Below, piece by piece: positions 52,153 through 64,000 of a DNA stretch of 64,000 nt. This DNA is from Adineta vaga (Eukaryota > Animalia > Rotifera), in NCBI GenBank assembly GCA_021613535.1, contig CP075494.1, forward strand, positions 7,378,001-7,442,000, given 5' to 3'. The notes under the pieces are model-generated. The model was given only the letters and a program-made list of their open reading frames with translations, made no database searches and was not told where the DNA came from. A program made the position numbers and the translations under genes. Position 1 is the first letter of the stretch. Every line of letters starts with the position of its first letter.

Positions 52153-55100
52153 GATCTGTTAAATAGATTGACATTTTATTCCAAGTAGGAATAAAAGAAA
52201 AAGAAGAAAAGAAGTTAATATTATCAAATTGTCTACGTAAATTCCTTTTTCTCCTCTCTCGCTCTCCTCTAAATACATTCTCAGTTAAAACATGAAAATG
52301 TCTGTTTCCTGTTGACAATATTTTTTTTCTATTCAACTAAATTTCACCAGTATTTAAAAAAGATCAATATCGGAAATAAATTAGATAGGGACTCGTTTTA
52401 TTTGCAATAGGAAAATACATATTAGTCACATCTGCAAAGTTCTTTTTATTAGTCTTACCTTGAATAAAGTTCACCGTTACGTTCATCGATAGATAACATC
52501 GGTCATGAAAAATTCTCGGCAAGGAAGACATATTGTTAGATGTAATTCTCGTTCTTGACAGTTCATCATTGACATTCTAGGATAGTTATTAATAACATTC
52601 TGAAAAAGAAAGTGAACAAATCTAAATTTGAATTCAATTTTCTCTATTGAATACATTGTCAGTCGAATTATAACGATACTTGAACGAAAGAAAATCAAAA
52701 AAATAAGCATACAATTGTCAAGAATTAGAGATAAAGGAATAGAAAAATAATTGTTAAATAATACAACAAGAAAAGTTTGATTTGATCAAGGACATTGTAA
52801 CAAGATAAGGATCTTGGACGATGTGATGACGCTTTACAAGAGTATATAAGAATGAATGCGTACGCGCACAATGTTTAAGACGGATAGACAGTCAGATGCA
52901 TGGAATTTGTCGTCATCGAAGGAAATCAAAGAGCATGAATTGTGATAGGAAGGAAGAAACAGAGCAAAAGACATACTCATAAATGAAGAAAATGTGACTT
53001 TGCTCGATGTTTTTTATCTGTCATTTCTCATTCTTTTGTTTTTAGAAAATAGAACTTATCAATCATCAACGAAAGCTTTTCTCATTTTTCTATTGATCTA
53101 CTCTCACATTCAGTTTGTTCGAGGATATTTATTTAGTAATAAATATTTCATAAAAACAAATCTTTCTCTATGCGATTTAGAATATAAATGAACGTATTTG
53201 TTTGCCAATTTTTACCTCATCTAATTTTTATAGCAAAGACTCTTTATCAAATCGAAAGACTTCGTTGCTAGGAATGAAAAGCAAACAATCTTTGCTTCTG
53301 TCTCTCTTTTCCTTATTTTTCTCTTTATAACTCTATTCAAGTGAGAAAAAGTAACCGGAGATGTGTATGTCTTCTCAATTGATAGTCGAATTGTTGGAAG
53401 TTGTTCTACACAATTAAACTAGCAACACTACCGTCATAGTATTATCAGCGCATTTGACGTCGATATAAACTCTTTTCATTTATTTTCTCTCGCTTTTTTT
53501 GCTTCTTTCTCTCTCTCTCTCTCTATCACCCTTCAAGCTCCAGCTGCTTGCTGTCTACTCATCACTAAATAATAATAGTCGAATGACGCATTCGTCGGTG
53601 TGCGAAGATACATCAGCATCTCGCTTTTCATTCTGAGCTTTAGTTAGGAACATGTCTATATATGAAAAAAAAGAAAGGAAGAAAAACGAAGAACTTCATC
53701 TTTTTCTCTCGTTCTTACTTCCTTGAAAACAATTCCCTGAACAACACGCTATATAGAACGATAACAGAACTTATTCCATCCGAGAAACATTACCAAGAAC
53801 AACAATAAAAAGAAAATTGCAAGACTGAATAAGAGAAAAACAAGATAGATAGATAGAGAGGAGAAAGTTAACATTATTCCTTTTATTTATAATCTTATCC
53901 GTTTTGTTAACTGATCGCATCTCTTCTTCTTCTTCCTTATTTTTAAAAAAAAACTCAAATCATCTTTGTCTTCTGGAAAGGAAACTATTATTTCAAATAG
54001 CTCTTAATAAAAGAAAACTAAGCGTTATTTTATATATTAAGTAGATACCTAGATTTAATCTCTTCATTTGAATAAGAAAAGTTCACATAGTAATATAATT
54101 CTATCAAAAGATACAAATTGATTTATTGGAAACAAAAGGGTTGACGTACTCTACTATACTCCAATTTGTGACAATTTACCAAATACAAAATTCTCCATCT
54201 GGATTATCAAAAAAATAAATAATTCAGACATCTTCTCTATATCTTATTTTATTAAATAAACATCGTTTTATATTTCAGAAGAAAAGAAAATATATGAGAT
54301 TTAATCCAATAAGAGTGTTTGATTTCAGATGAGACATGCGTATTTGCCAGAACATACCAAGCAACAACTTCGACTGCTCTATCAGATATTAATTAATACA
54401 CAAAAAAATGGAAAGAGAAGTTATCTATCTATATATATATATTAATTGAACGCATATTCTGTAGACGAGAGAAATTCCCTCGAGTAACAGATTAGCTTGT
54501 GATGTATCCTGATAAAAACAAAGTTTAATCATTACGGATTGATTTATGTTATACCATTAGAACAAAAATTTTCAAAATAGAAATAAAATTCTTTTGTAGA
54601 TAATAAATCTTTCAACGAAATAGAGGAGATAATTATCGACGATGATAGATGATTTAGAAAACATCTGATTTTACTATGATAAGATTTGATCAAAAGCGTA
54701 AATTTATCTTTTAATTTTCTTCGAGAAGATAACTTAGTTGCCTTTGTTAAATGAAGAATCAATAAGTTTTTGTCATATCTCTGAATGAAAAAAAAAGAAA
54801 TTATCTGTTTGATAAGTTAAATACTTCAGAATCTAGAACATGCGTTTTTCCCTTCAACATGAAAATCCTTACCTTTATGATGTTCTTGGATAATCCTTTT
54901 GATAGATGTGTTTATATATATTTTTCTTATTATATGAACGCATCGCAAATTCATCAATGGATAATTAATATGTTATAGACTCTTTTAGACAAGATATAAT
55001 TCATTATTAGAACGGATATTCATAGAATATGAAAATCTTTTCAATCAATAGTTCATCAACATATATATGTATTCAAAAAATGGAATGTATTATGTAGTTA

Positions 55101-55414
55101 TAGTTAATCAGTAACATTCTTTTAGTGCAATTAGTTAGACTTATGTATGTTCATTACTCCATGATAGAAGGACATCTTCAGGAACAAAAAATCGACTAAT
55201 TATGATGTCTAAGATTCTTTCAAAAGTGATAATCTTCAGTAAATCAACTGATTCTATTGTCTTCATTAGATTTTTAACTGTTGCCTAAGAAAATCATTGG
55301 TGTTCGAAATACCTATAACTATCAATGTCGATATCAACGTGGCGATGGGTATCCTTGTAAGTTGAGTTATCTTCTCTTCTCTTCTCTTGTCTTGCATCGT
55401 ACAATCAATAATCA

Positions 55415-56613
55415 ATGACTAGTGAAGCAAGTACTCCAGCTTCGGCTACAATGAATGACGATAAATTATCAGATCAATTGATTATTAAAGCTCAATTAGG
55501 TGATGATATCCGTAAAATGATGATCCATAATGAAGATTTAACATTGAATGGTAAAGATTCATATACACAGGATTAACGTAAGAGAAAGAATTCTTTGTTT
55601 TGTTTAGAACTTGTTTTAATGATGGAGCGCATCTTTACTGGTAAAATATCGAATTCAGATGAATTAACAATCAAATATTTAGATGATGATGGAGATAAAG
55701 TTACTCTTTTGAATGATAGTGATTTGACTGTAGCTTTAAATTTTCATAAAGTACTTCGTTTATTTGTAAATGTCAATGGTACTGAACAAAACAAGATAAA
55801 TTCAGCGAAAGATTCAAATCAGAGTGGAGATTTTATTGATGAAAAAACATTTCGTAGTGAATTACAATCAATTCGTAATTCAGTACAAACAATTCTTGAT
55901 CGTCTTCAATTATCAACAAATGATGTGTTAGATGCTAAAATAACAACACATGAAATTGAGCCACACAAACAATCATCTGCTGCAGCAGAGACTTCTCAAT
56001 TAAACACAAATCATTTTGCTAACCATGAACCTTATACAGGTAAATTAAAAATTTTCTCTTCAATAATCAAATTGAACTTTTTTCCAAATTAGTCAATGCA
56101 ACACAAGTACAACCAACTGATACGAATAAAATTCCTCAAACACAAGTGCCAACTTCCCATTTTGTACCAACAGCATTCAAAAATGAACAAGATGCAAGAA
56201 CAAATACATTTGGTCCTCCACCCACAACTTTTCCTAATGTGCCACCTTTACCCAATAGTACAGTGCCAAGATTTCCTCCTGCATCAAATCCAACCAGTAA
56301 TGCACCGCCAACGAACTATTCACCCAATATGCCACCAACGCCAGCCAATGGTCAACAACCAGCAGCTGTATCTCCTCCTCTACCTCCACAACAAGGTGGA
56401 TTTTATGGTCACCAACAAAATTTATATCAACAAAGACCATCATATCCAAACTATCCGATAAATAATGTATATCCTCCACAGCAACCAACAACAAACAATG
56501 TATCATTTCCTCATTCTTCACCTCCACCACAAACAGCTGCTCAACAGTCATATGGAGCTTATCCTGCGCAAACTTCCTACTACAATCCTGGTCAACAGTA
56601 TCCTCAATCATAA
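55415..56613 (+). CDS. TFG: Protein TFG (PB1, coiled coil, P/Q-rich tail), exons 55415-55550, 55608-56039 and 56093-56613
   Basis: LIIKAQLGDDIR...IHNEDLT..ELVLMM.RIF.GK...DELTIKY.D.DGD.VT...SDL, then RSELQSIRNSVQTILDRL and a Pro/Gln/Tyr-rich C-terminus. Confidence 0.95.
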
Positions 56614-57151
56614 TAGTTCTTTTTTTAAATCTTTATCCTTCTACTCTGATTACTTTGCATGATATTATCCGTTTGTTGTGACGTGTAATGTTTAGTTTGA
56701 AAATAATGGGTATTGCTATGTTTTTTTTAAAATATGAACAAACAAATAAATACGAATGAGCAATGTTTAACTTTCCTGATACTGATTAGATAACGGATGA
56801 TAATGTGGAATGATATAAAAATATGATGAAGAACAAATAACTTCTTACTTACTAAAGGAAAACTTTCGATTACGTTTATCTTTCTGTCGTTGTCAAAGAA
56901 TACACACGAAATTTGTGTTCTGTAATGAAGTTACGTGTATCGTACTACTCGTTATATTTCTTTTTCCTTTCTTTTTCTTTTTCTTCTTTTTTCTTTCATT
57001 CTGTGTCGTACATTAAACCAACGCACATTCGCATACACATACATAGACACCCTTTCTCTTAAGAACGAACAGAGTGGGTCAAAGTACAACGATTCGAAGA
57101 GAAACTTCAACTGCAAACATTTCTATTTCCATTTGATCGTTGAATTCAATC

Positions 57152-60100
57152 ATGGCCGAGGCACATGAAGCTGTTGCATTTTCATTTACAGTTGGTCCTG
57201 AAGGTACATTTTAGATAAATAAATATATAGATATAGATATATTAACATTCTTTATTTATTTTTATTCTTTCGTTTTATGTAGGATTCAATGTTGATGTAA
57301 GTTATGACGTTTTTAAAGCACTTCTCTATGCTGCTTTACGTTCATGGAAACTTCGTTGTCGTCGAACATTAAATTCTCTTTATAATACATTATATCCTGG
57401 TCATCCACTTCGTGGTATTGCTTGTTGTGGAATTATATCAACTCTGTATTTTAAAGGTTATGATCCATCATTTAACTCAATCGATTGGTTAGATGAACAT
57501 ATTTTTCGACGTTATCTTGCACCAAAAAATTCTAAAATTATTGCTTGTATTACATTCGGTGCTGGTGTTTATATTGTTCTTATACAAGTTCGACAATATA
57601 CATTAAAAAAACTATTTTCCTATCATGGATGGATGTATCAAGAACATGGCAAAGAGTTTGGCTTAGTGCCAAAAGTTTGGATGGGTTTAGTTAAACTATG
57701 TATTGGTCGTAATCCATCATTATATTCATGTCAACATCTTTTACCAACATTACCATTACCAAGTTTAGATGATACATTACGTCGTTATTTAAGATCAGTT
57801 CGACCACTGTATGATGATACGGAATATCAACGTATGGAAAAATTAGCGGAAGAATTTAAGCAAACAATTGCTAAAAAATTACAAAGATATTTATGGCTTA
57901 AATGGCTTATTTCATCAAATTATGTAAAGGATAATTTGAATGTATATATGTACATTTGATTATTTAGGTTTCTGATTGGTGGGAGAAATTTATTTATTTA
58001 CGTGGCCGATCAGCGATTATGGTTAATAGTAATTTCTATGGTCTTGTATGTATTCAATCGATTAATAGACCGAATTTAAACTAGTTTCGTTTTTTCCAGG
58101 ATGTACTCTACGTTCGACCAACCACTATTCAAACAGCACGAGCAGCAAATTTAACATGTGCAGCTTTTCGATATCGTACCGAACTTGATCATGAAAATAT
58201 TAAACCTGTATGTAATTCTTTATAATAATAATAATAATATCGAGTTTTGTTTTTGTTATATACGTATCTATCGTAGTTAATGGTACAAAAATTAATACCA
58301 TTATGTTCAAGTCAATATGAAAGACAATTTAATACTGTACGCATACCTGGCAAAGAAACAGGTTATTTGTTTTTTTTTCCAATCGATGAATGAATATTTC
58401 TATGATGAATTTTCTTTAGACCGCATTGTTCACTACTCAGATAGTCGTCATATTGTCGTTTATAATAAAGGTCGTTGGTATAAAGTATTCATGTTTTATA
58501 AAGATAATCTTCTGGAACCATCTGAGCTTCAACTGTACGTTAATTGAATCGATAGATATGATCATTTTGTTTTGTATATTAGTCAATTAGATGAAATTAT
58601 TCGGGATACTACACCACCTGATAATGGTGAAGAACATTTAGGTGCTTTAACAGCTGGTGAACGAACAGCTTGGGCAGAAGCTCGTGAAACTTATTTTCGT
58701 TCTGGTATCAATCGTTCTTCATTGGAAGCAATTGAAAAATCAGCATTCGTACTTATTTTGGATGATGAAGATTTTGAAATTGGAACCGTAAGTTAATCAT
58801 CTTATCTCATCTTTTTTCCTTTAATTCTGAAATTCAATGTACAAAATTTTCCTTGAATCAGCATGATAAAAATGCACCGACATCAGTGAACGATCAAGGG
58901 GTAATTCATATCAATATCTAATTCGTTTTATAGCTAAATATTACACTAATGTCTTCTGTCTAATGGTGGTTTGTTAGTATCTAACAAATAATACGTTTTT
59001 TTAAAAAGATTTTAGTATATAAAATGAATAATATTCTTGATATTTTTAGAATATGACTGGAAAATTCGATGCGTACGCTCATGCAATTCTTCATGGTAAA
59101 GGATACGATCGATGGTTTGATAAATCATTTACTTTTATCGTTAGCAAAAATGGTGTGGTATGTGAGAGAAAAGAAAAGAATGTGAGAAATGTTCTATTGT
59201 CAATCATGTTCGCTTTTTATTTTAGTTTGGTTTTAATGTCGAACATAGTTGGGTAAAACAAATGAAAGTTTTAAATATTTGTAGATTGTGTTGATTTTCA
59301 TTTAGGCCGATGCTCCTATTTCTGGTCACATGGTAGAATATGTCCTTTCAGAAGATGTTATGTTTTATGGGTAAGTTGAATATGTAGACATAATTACTAA
59401 CGATGACTGTTGTGTCATTTTTAGTTATGATGAACTTGGTAATACACGTGGTGCACCTCGTTTTACTGCACTGAAACCAATTAAACTTAGATGGAATGTT
59501 TCGGAAAATGTAAAAATAATAGATTGAATTCTATTTAAATACTATTCAATCTAATTTTTAGTGTCATATTTTGATCGAAAAAAGTCTTGCTCAAGCAAAG
59601 AAAATCTATAATGATGTTGATCTTCATGTTTATGTTCAAGATGCATATGGCAAAGGTTTTATGAAGAAATGCAAACTTTCACCCGATGCTTATATTCAAA
59701 TGGCACTTCAATTAGCTCATTATCGTGTACGTTATTTCTATGGTTAAATATTTTTATGATTATTCTTTTTTTCACGTAATTTAGGATTCCGGTCATTTTA
59801 ATTTAACATATGAAGCATCAATGACTCGACTCTTTCGTGATGGTCGTACTGAAACTGTTCGTTCATGTTCAATTGAATCAAGTCAATGGGTAAAAGCAAT
59901 GGAAGATCCAACTGTTACTGTAAGAAAAATCAACTATTCTGCATTGAATTCGTTTGTATATAATTCATTTTTAGAAAGCTGAACGTATCAAGTTACTTCG
60001 CTTAGCTTGTGATTATCATCAACAACAGTATCGTGATGCAATGACAGGCAACGGCATTGATCGACATTTATTTTGTTTATATGTTGTAGCAAAATTTCTT

Positions 60101-61210
60101 GGTCTTGATTCACCATTTCTTCAACAAGTTCTTCAAGAACCATGGAAATTATCGACAAGTCAGGTAAGTGAAAAATCTTCTTATTAAAAGAGAATAATCT
60201 TGAGATAAAGATAATTTTTTTGAATTAAATATCTAAATCTATATAAGACCCAGACCATGTATGATGATAAGCGTTTATCAAAATTGATTGCTCAAAAACC
60301 AGAGATGGCTGAAAAAATTGGTTGGTCAAAATTTAAAGGCGTCGTAGGAGCTGGCGGCGGTTTCGGACCTGTGAGAAGAATAGACTATTTTTCACTAACC
60401 CTTTCTTGATTTTTGATCTTGTTATAACTGCATGGTTGCACTTTCTCTTTTGTTTTTTTTCACATATCTAACAGACACCTGCTTCTTATGAAGAACGCTA
60501 TACTAATGATGAGCGAGCAAAGAAAGCAATTATGGTTGGTGGTGGTTTCGGACCTGTGAGTTTTTATATTTCTCGCTGAAACACATCGATCGTTTGTGAT
60601 TATCTAGTTGATTTAATTTTGTTTAGTTGAATCTTTTCATATCGTACAATAGAAATTTCTTACAGTCATGCCAAGGGGACAACATTTAGTTTCTAGAGTA
60701 GACACAATGATTACATTTCCTAGGCTTTCTCAAGAAAATACTTCTCAATCTTGACTAATATTAAAGAAACTATTTTTTGCATGAATCACTCTTGCATATC
60801 ACTGCTTCAGTTTGTTATAAATAATTGCTTATTTTATTTTTGCATGTTATTGCTTGCTATTAATTTCATTCATGAGAAATAATATTATTTTTTACAAGGA
60901 ACATTTTCTTTTTATAGGTGGCTACTGATGGTTACGGAGTTAGTTATATCATAGCTTCGGAAGATCTTACCTTTTTCCATATTTCATCGAACAAATCTTC
61001 ATCTGAAACCGTAAGAATTTCAATGAATTTGTCTAAAGATCAGTTTTTTTTCTTATTGTATGGTAGGATTCAAAACGATTTGGTGAACGCATTCATCAAG
61101 CTATGGCAGACATGCGAGATTTATTAGCTGATGAAATAAGTACGACTAGTGCAAGAAAAACGTCAACGAAATTGCCAACAGTTGCACCAACAACTGATTC
61201 ATCCGCATAA
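57152..61210 (+). CDS. CPT1: Carnitine O-palmitoyltransferase 1, multi-exon with alternative exons
   Basis: [65 protein letters not shown] (catalytic His), [49 protein letters not shown]. Confidence 0.97.
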
Positions 61211-61479
61211 ATTAAATTTTTAATTTCTTTTTATTAATTGATTTCAGTTCCATATGGTTATTTAAAAACCTCATTATGTATCGCGTATTTTATATATTAT
61301 GAACGCGCATAACGTTTTTTTTTCATTGAAATATGTGTGATGTTAGAAGAAGAAAGAAATAATATCAAAATCATATGCCATTTTGAAGTTCTTTTTGTTT
61401 GTATAAGATGATCAGATACAAAAGCATGGTTAATATGATGCGAAAATGAAAGAAAAAAACAGTTATATTCATTGATAAT

Positions 61480-62942
61480 TTACAATTTAGACGGTAATTG
61501 TTTATCAGTAATATTGATCGCGTTAAGATAGGAAGAAAGTAAACGTGTTGCATCAACAGCAGTACCCCACGAAAGTGAAATACCATTGCCACCATGACCG
61601 TAGTTATGAACGACCTGAAAGAATATGATATATTTGAAAATAAAAGCAACAGTTTTTGTTTTACTAAAAGCTGTTTGTTTTCATGTTTTATTGTTTCTGT
61701 TTCTACACGAATTGGTTCTCGATTTGGTCGAAGTCCAGCCTACAATCACAATATATTACGATAGGAAATATTGATTAATTTAACTTACCCAATGCCAAAG
61801 AATTTCTGCTTTCTAATGGAAAATAAAAGATTAAGTTCATTTGTAATTGAATATATATTCAATCTAACTCACTTCTAAACTGGGACATAATCGAAGACAA
61901 CGTTGCCAAATACCATCTTTGTCGTTCAAATCAACTTGTGCATTATCATTATCGAATTGACGTGTACCACCTAGTACAATTGTATCATAACTAGAAATAA
62001 AATTCGAAAAACATTCTTTATTTGTTAATTAAATTACTTCGGAATCATATAACAATTATCATCTGTATAATAGAAATGTTTAATCCATGGTGCTCGAACA
62101 CGTATCATTTGTCCACGTATGGGATGCATGAGATCATCATGACATAATTCTTTCGCTCCAAAACCAGTACAATTCACGACAATATCATAACTATCAGCTA
62201 ACTAAAGAAGAAAAAAACAAGTTTATAAATGAAACAGCAAGAAATTTTCCTACTTCTTCTAACGATTGAATCTTCTTTTGAATAAATGTTACCTGTTTTT
62301 CCATTAATCTAAACAGATTGGAATTTTAATTCAATCATTAACGTAGTTCTAAAACATACAATTTCGTTAGATATTTCATATATTTACGTGTATCAATATA
62401 CACAGTCGTTGCGAAATATCCATATCTTAAAATAAGAATCGTTTTTTCAACTTTTGTATTTCTCTTGGAAAAAAAAACGTTCATAGTTACTTGTAATGAT
62501 CAGGAAATATGGCTAATTCGTTTTTAGTTAAATAACGAAAATTATAGATTATATCTTGATAAGATGGATCTGGACGTGGATCATTGAATAATTGATAACC
62601 AGATACTTGAGAAATACCAGCATCAGCAGCAATATTGGAAAAAATGATATTATTGAAATGATCGAATGATGTTTGACACCATTTTCTTTAATTTTTTCGA
62701 AAAAGAATACAATCATCGTAAATGAAATAGTTCAACATTTCGAAATACCTTAGAGTTGATGGATCAACACCGACAATAAATCGTTGATCTGGTCGAAAAA
62801 GACCGCCAGCACCATCGCTAGTTGTATCTTCAAGAAAACGATCAGCAATAACTGTTATAGATAATGATGGATGTTGTGTTCTGATACATAGAGCAGTTGA
62901 TAAACCAACCACTCCGGCTCCAATTACAGCTACACGAGTCAT
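61480..62942 (-). CDS. DDO: D-aspartate/D-amino-acid oxidase, peroxisomal (C-terminal SKL), multi-exon
   Basis: [50 protein letters not shown] (DDO-type), [19 protein letters not shown]. Ends LPSKL*. Confidence 0.9.
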
Positions 62943-63323
62943 ATCACGAGTAGATGCTATATGTTTTGTCCTTTTTATTTATTATCTTTTTCTTTTAAGT
63001 GTGCAGTGCATAGAGTTAAATTACAGAACAGAACAAATAAAACTAAGTAAAACATGGAACACGTAATTATTTCTGTTCTTTTGTGAAAATGGCTGCTATA
63101 TGCGGCGCTACAGTCATGCTCGACTCGCATTCATACAAACAGAGAAATGTTATAACACTATGGCATGTTTGTGAATTTAAACTAAATTATCATACAGATT
63201 CCGTACATGAGTATCAATTTTTAAATAGAACAAGATAATATCATATCATGAATTATACTGCGTACGAAAAACACATCAAATCAATTTGTAATTTATTCGA
63301 AAAAGAAAATAGAGAAAAGGCTT

Positions 63324-64000
63324 TTAACATGTTCGTAATTGTTGCAATTTATCAATGGATGCCGTCCAATGCGATCGATATCGATCAAGTTCAGTTAATA
63401 TCAAAGAACAATGACTTTCAATATCGGATAATGTTTGCATGAATGCTGCTTTATATCGCTGCAATTCAAGAAATAAGTTTCTTTTAAAATACAAAAAGAA
63501 AAATATTCATACAAACCTTATAAACTTTATCACGCTGTGTAATTGTTTCCATTTGTGGTAACGTTGTCTTTTGTGTAACAACAGAAGCTGACATTTTTTG
63601 TCGTGAATTTCCTCCAACTGACCGTTTTTTTGTTGATACTGGTGGTCGATTGAATTGATCATCAAGTAAAGGTACACCTGTTCGGAAACGAGAAAAAAAA
63701 AGTCATTATTTGATTTGTCAATTTTTATGAACGCTGAATCTGAAACAACATACCTGACCAATGACCTTGTTTTCGTTCGAGAATTTGTTTTGGTTCTCTA
63801 TTTTCCAATGGTCTTCCCGATTGTTGTCGTCGTAATAATTCACTCAGTGGTTGTTTTGGTTCCGGTAATTCTTAATAAATATAATTCTATTACTTTCTTG
63901 AAGAAAAATCATGTCTCTCATACTTGTTTTAATAATTTCATCCGCAGTTAATATATCATCGAACATAATTAATAAACGTTCAGCATTTGTTGCCAATGTA
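63324..64000 (-). CDS. CCDC180: 3' end of CCDC180 (CFAP76)-like ciliary coiled-coil protein, partial
   Basis: LLIMFDDILTADEI..PKQPLSELLRRQQSG...ILER..GHWSG...SVVTQKTTL......RDKVYKRY...W..SI..LQ resembles the CCDC180 C-terminus. Spliced last exon 63458-63324. Confidence 0.8.

Noticed and set aside
52815-52920. GTGATGA box-C-like motif with a GATGACG/CGTCATC inverted repeat
   Set aside because: No downstream CTGA box D on that strand, and the stem is short.
53525-53548. CCCTTCAAGCTCCAGCTG resembling miR-133
   Set aside because: The seed (TTGGTCC) is absent, there is an insertion, and no pairing arm is evident.
55349-55358. GTATCCTT, a U12-type donor-like sequence upstream of TFG
   Set aside because: No U12 branch site or acceptor fits before the ATG.
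56096-56662. Alternative-frame and antisense ORFs over TFG exon 3 (and similar ones over other CDSs)
   Set aside because: Shadow ORFs caused by codon bias of the real exon.
9235-61210. Apparent lipid-metabolism and ciliary gene clustering (SGPP1, WS/DGAT, CPT1; Chibby, CDKL5, CCDC180)
   Set aside because: The genes are interspersed with unrelated ones, so this cannot be distinguished from chance without synteny data.
1-64000. tRNA, rRNA, SL RNA, CRISPR arrays, intact transposons
   Set aside because: None recognised by eye. Only short microsatellites (TA, GA, TG, GATT, AAGA) were seen. A covariance-model or repeat-library scan could still find small elements.

Overview
AT-rich eukaryotic genomic DNA, gene-dense, with many short (about 50-60 nt) GT-AG introns. 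It is most consistent with a bdelloid rotifer, inferred from intron size, base composition and a decayed copy of the bdelloid-expanded ADP-ribosyltransferase/TPR family. About 20 spliced protein genes were rebuilt by hand. In order: RRBP1/kinectin-like, a small HQEL-ending secretory protein, a single-pass membrane adaptor, SGPP1, Chibby, a decaying tandem mucin-like TM family, Enhancer of polycomb, Akirin, UTP25, an ART-TPR pseudogene, class II PI3K, WDR45/WIPI4 with an antisense Six4/5 gene nested in a 2.5-kb intron, CDKL5-like, GLT1D1, FTCD, a secreted VWA protein, a WS/DGAT-fold protein, TFG, CPT1, D-aspartate oxidase-like and the 3' end of CCDC180. The most notable items are: (1) CPT1 has duplicated, probably mutually exclusive GGGFGP exons flanked by Rbfox motifs, plus a 39-nt cassette exon; (2) PI3KC2 and WIPI4 (a PI3P producer and a PI3P reader) are only 101 nt apart with a splice acceptor just before the second ATG, which looks operon-like; (3) the nested Six4/5 gene; (4) a WS/DGAT homologue whose catalytic His is replaced by Pro. 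No tRNA, rRNA, CRISPR array or intact transposon was recognised. Family assignments come from remembered motifs, not database searches.
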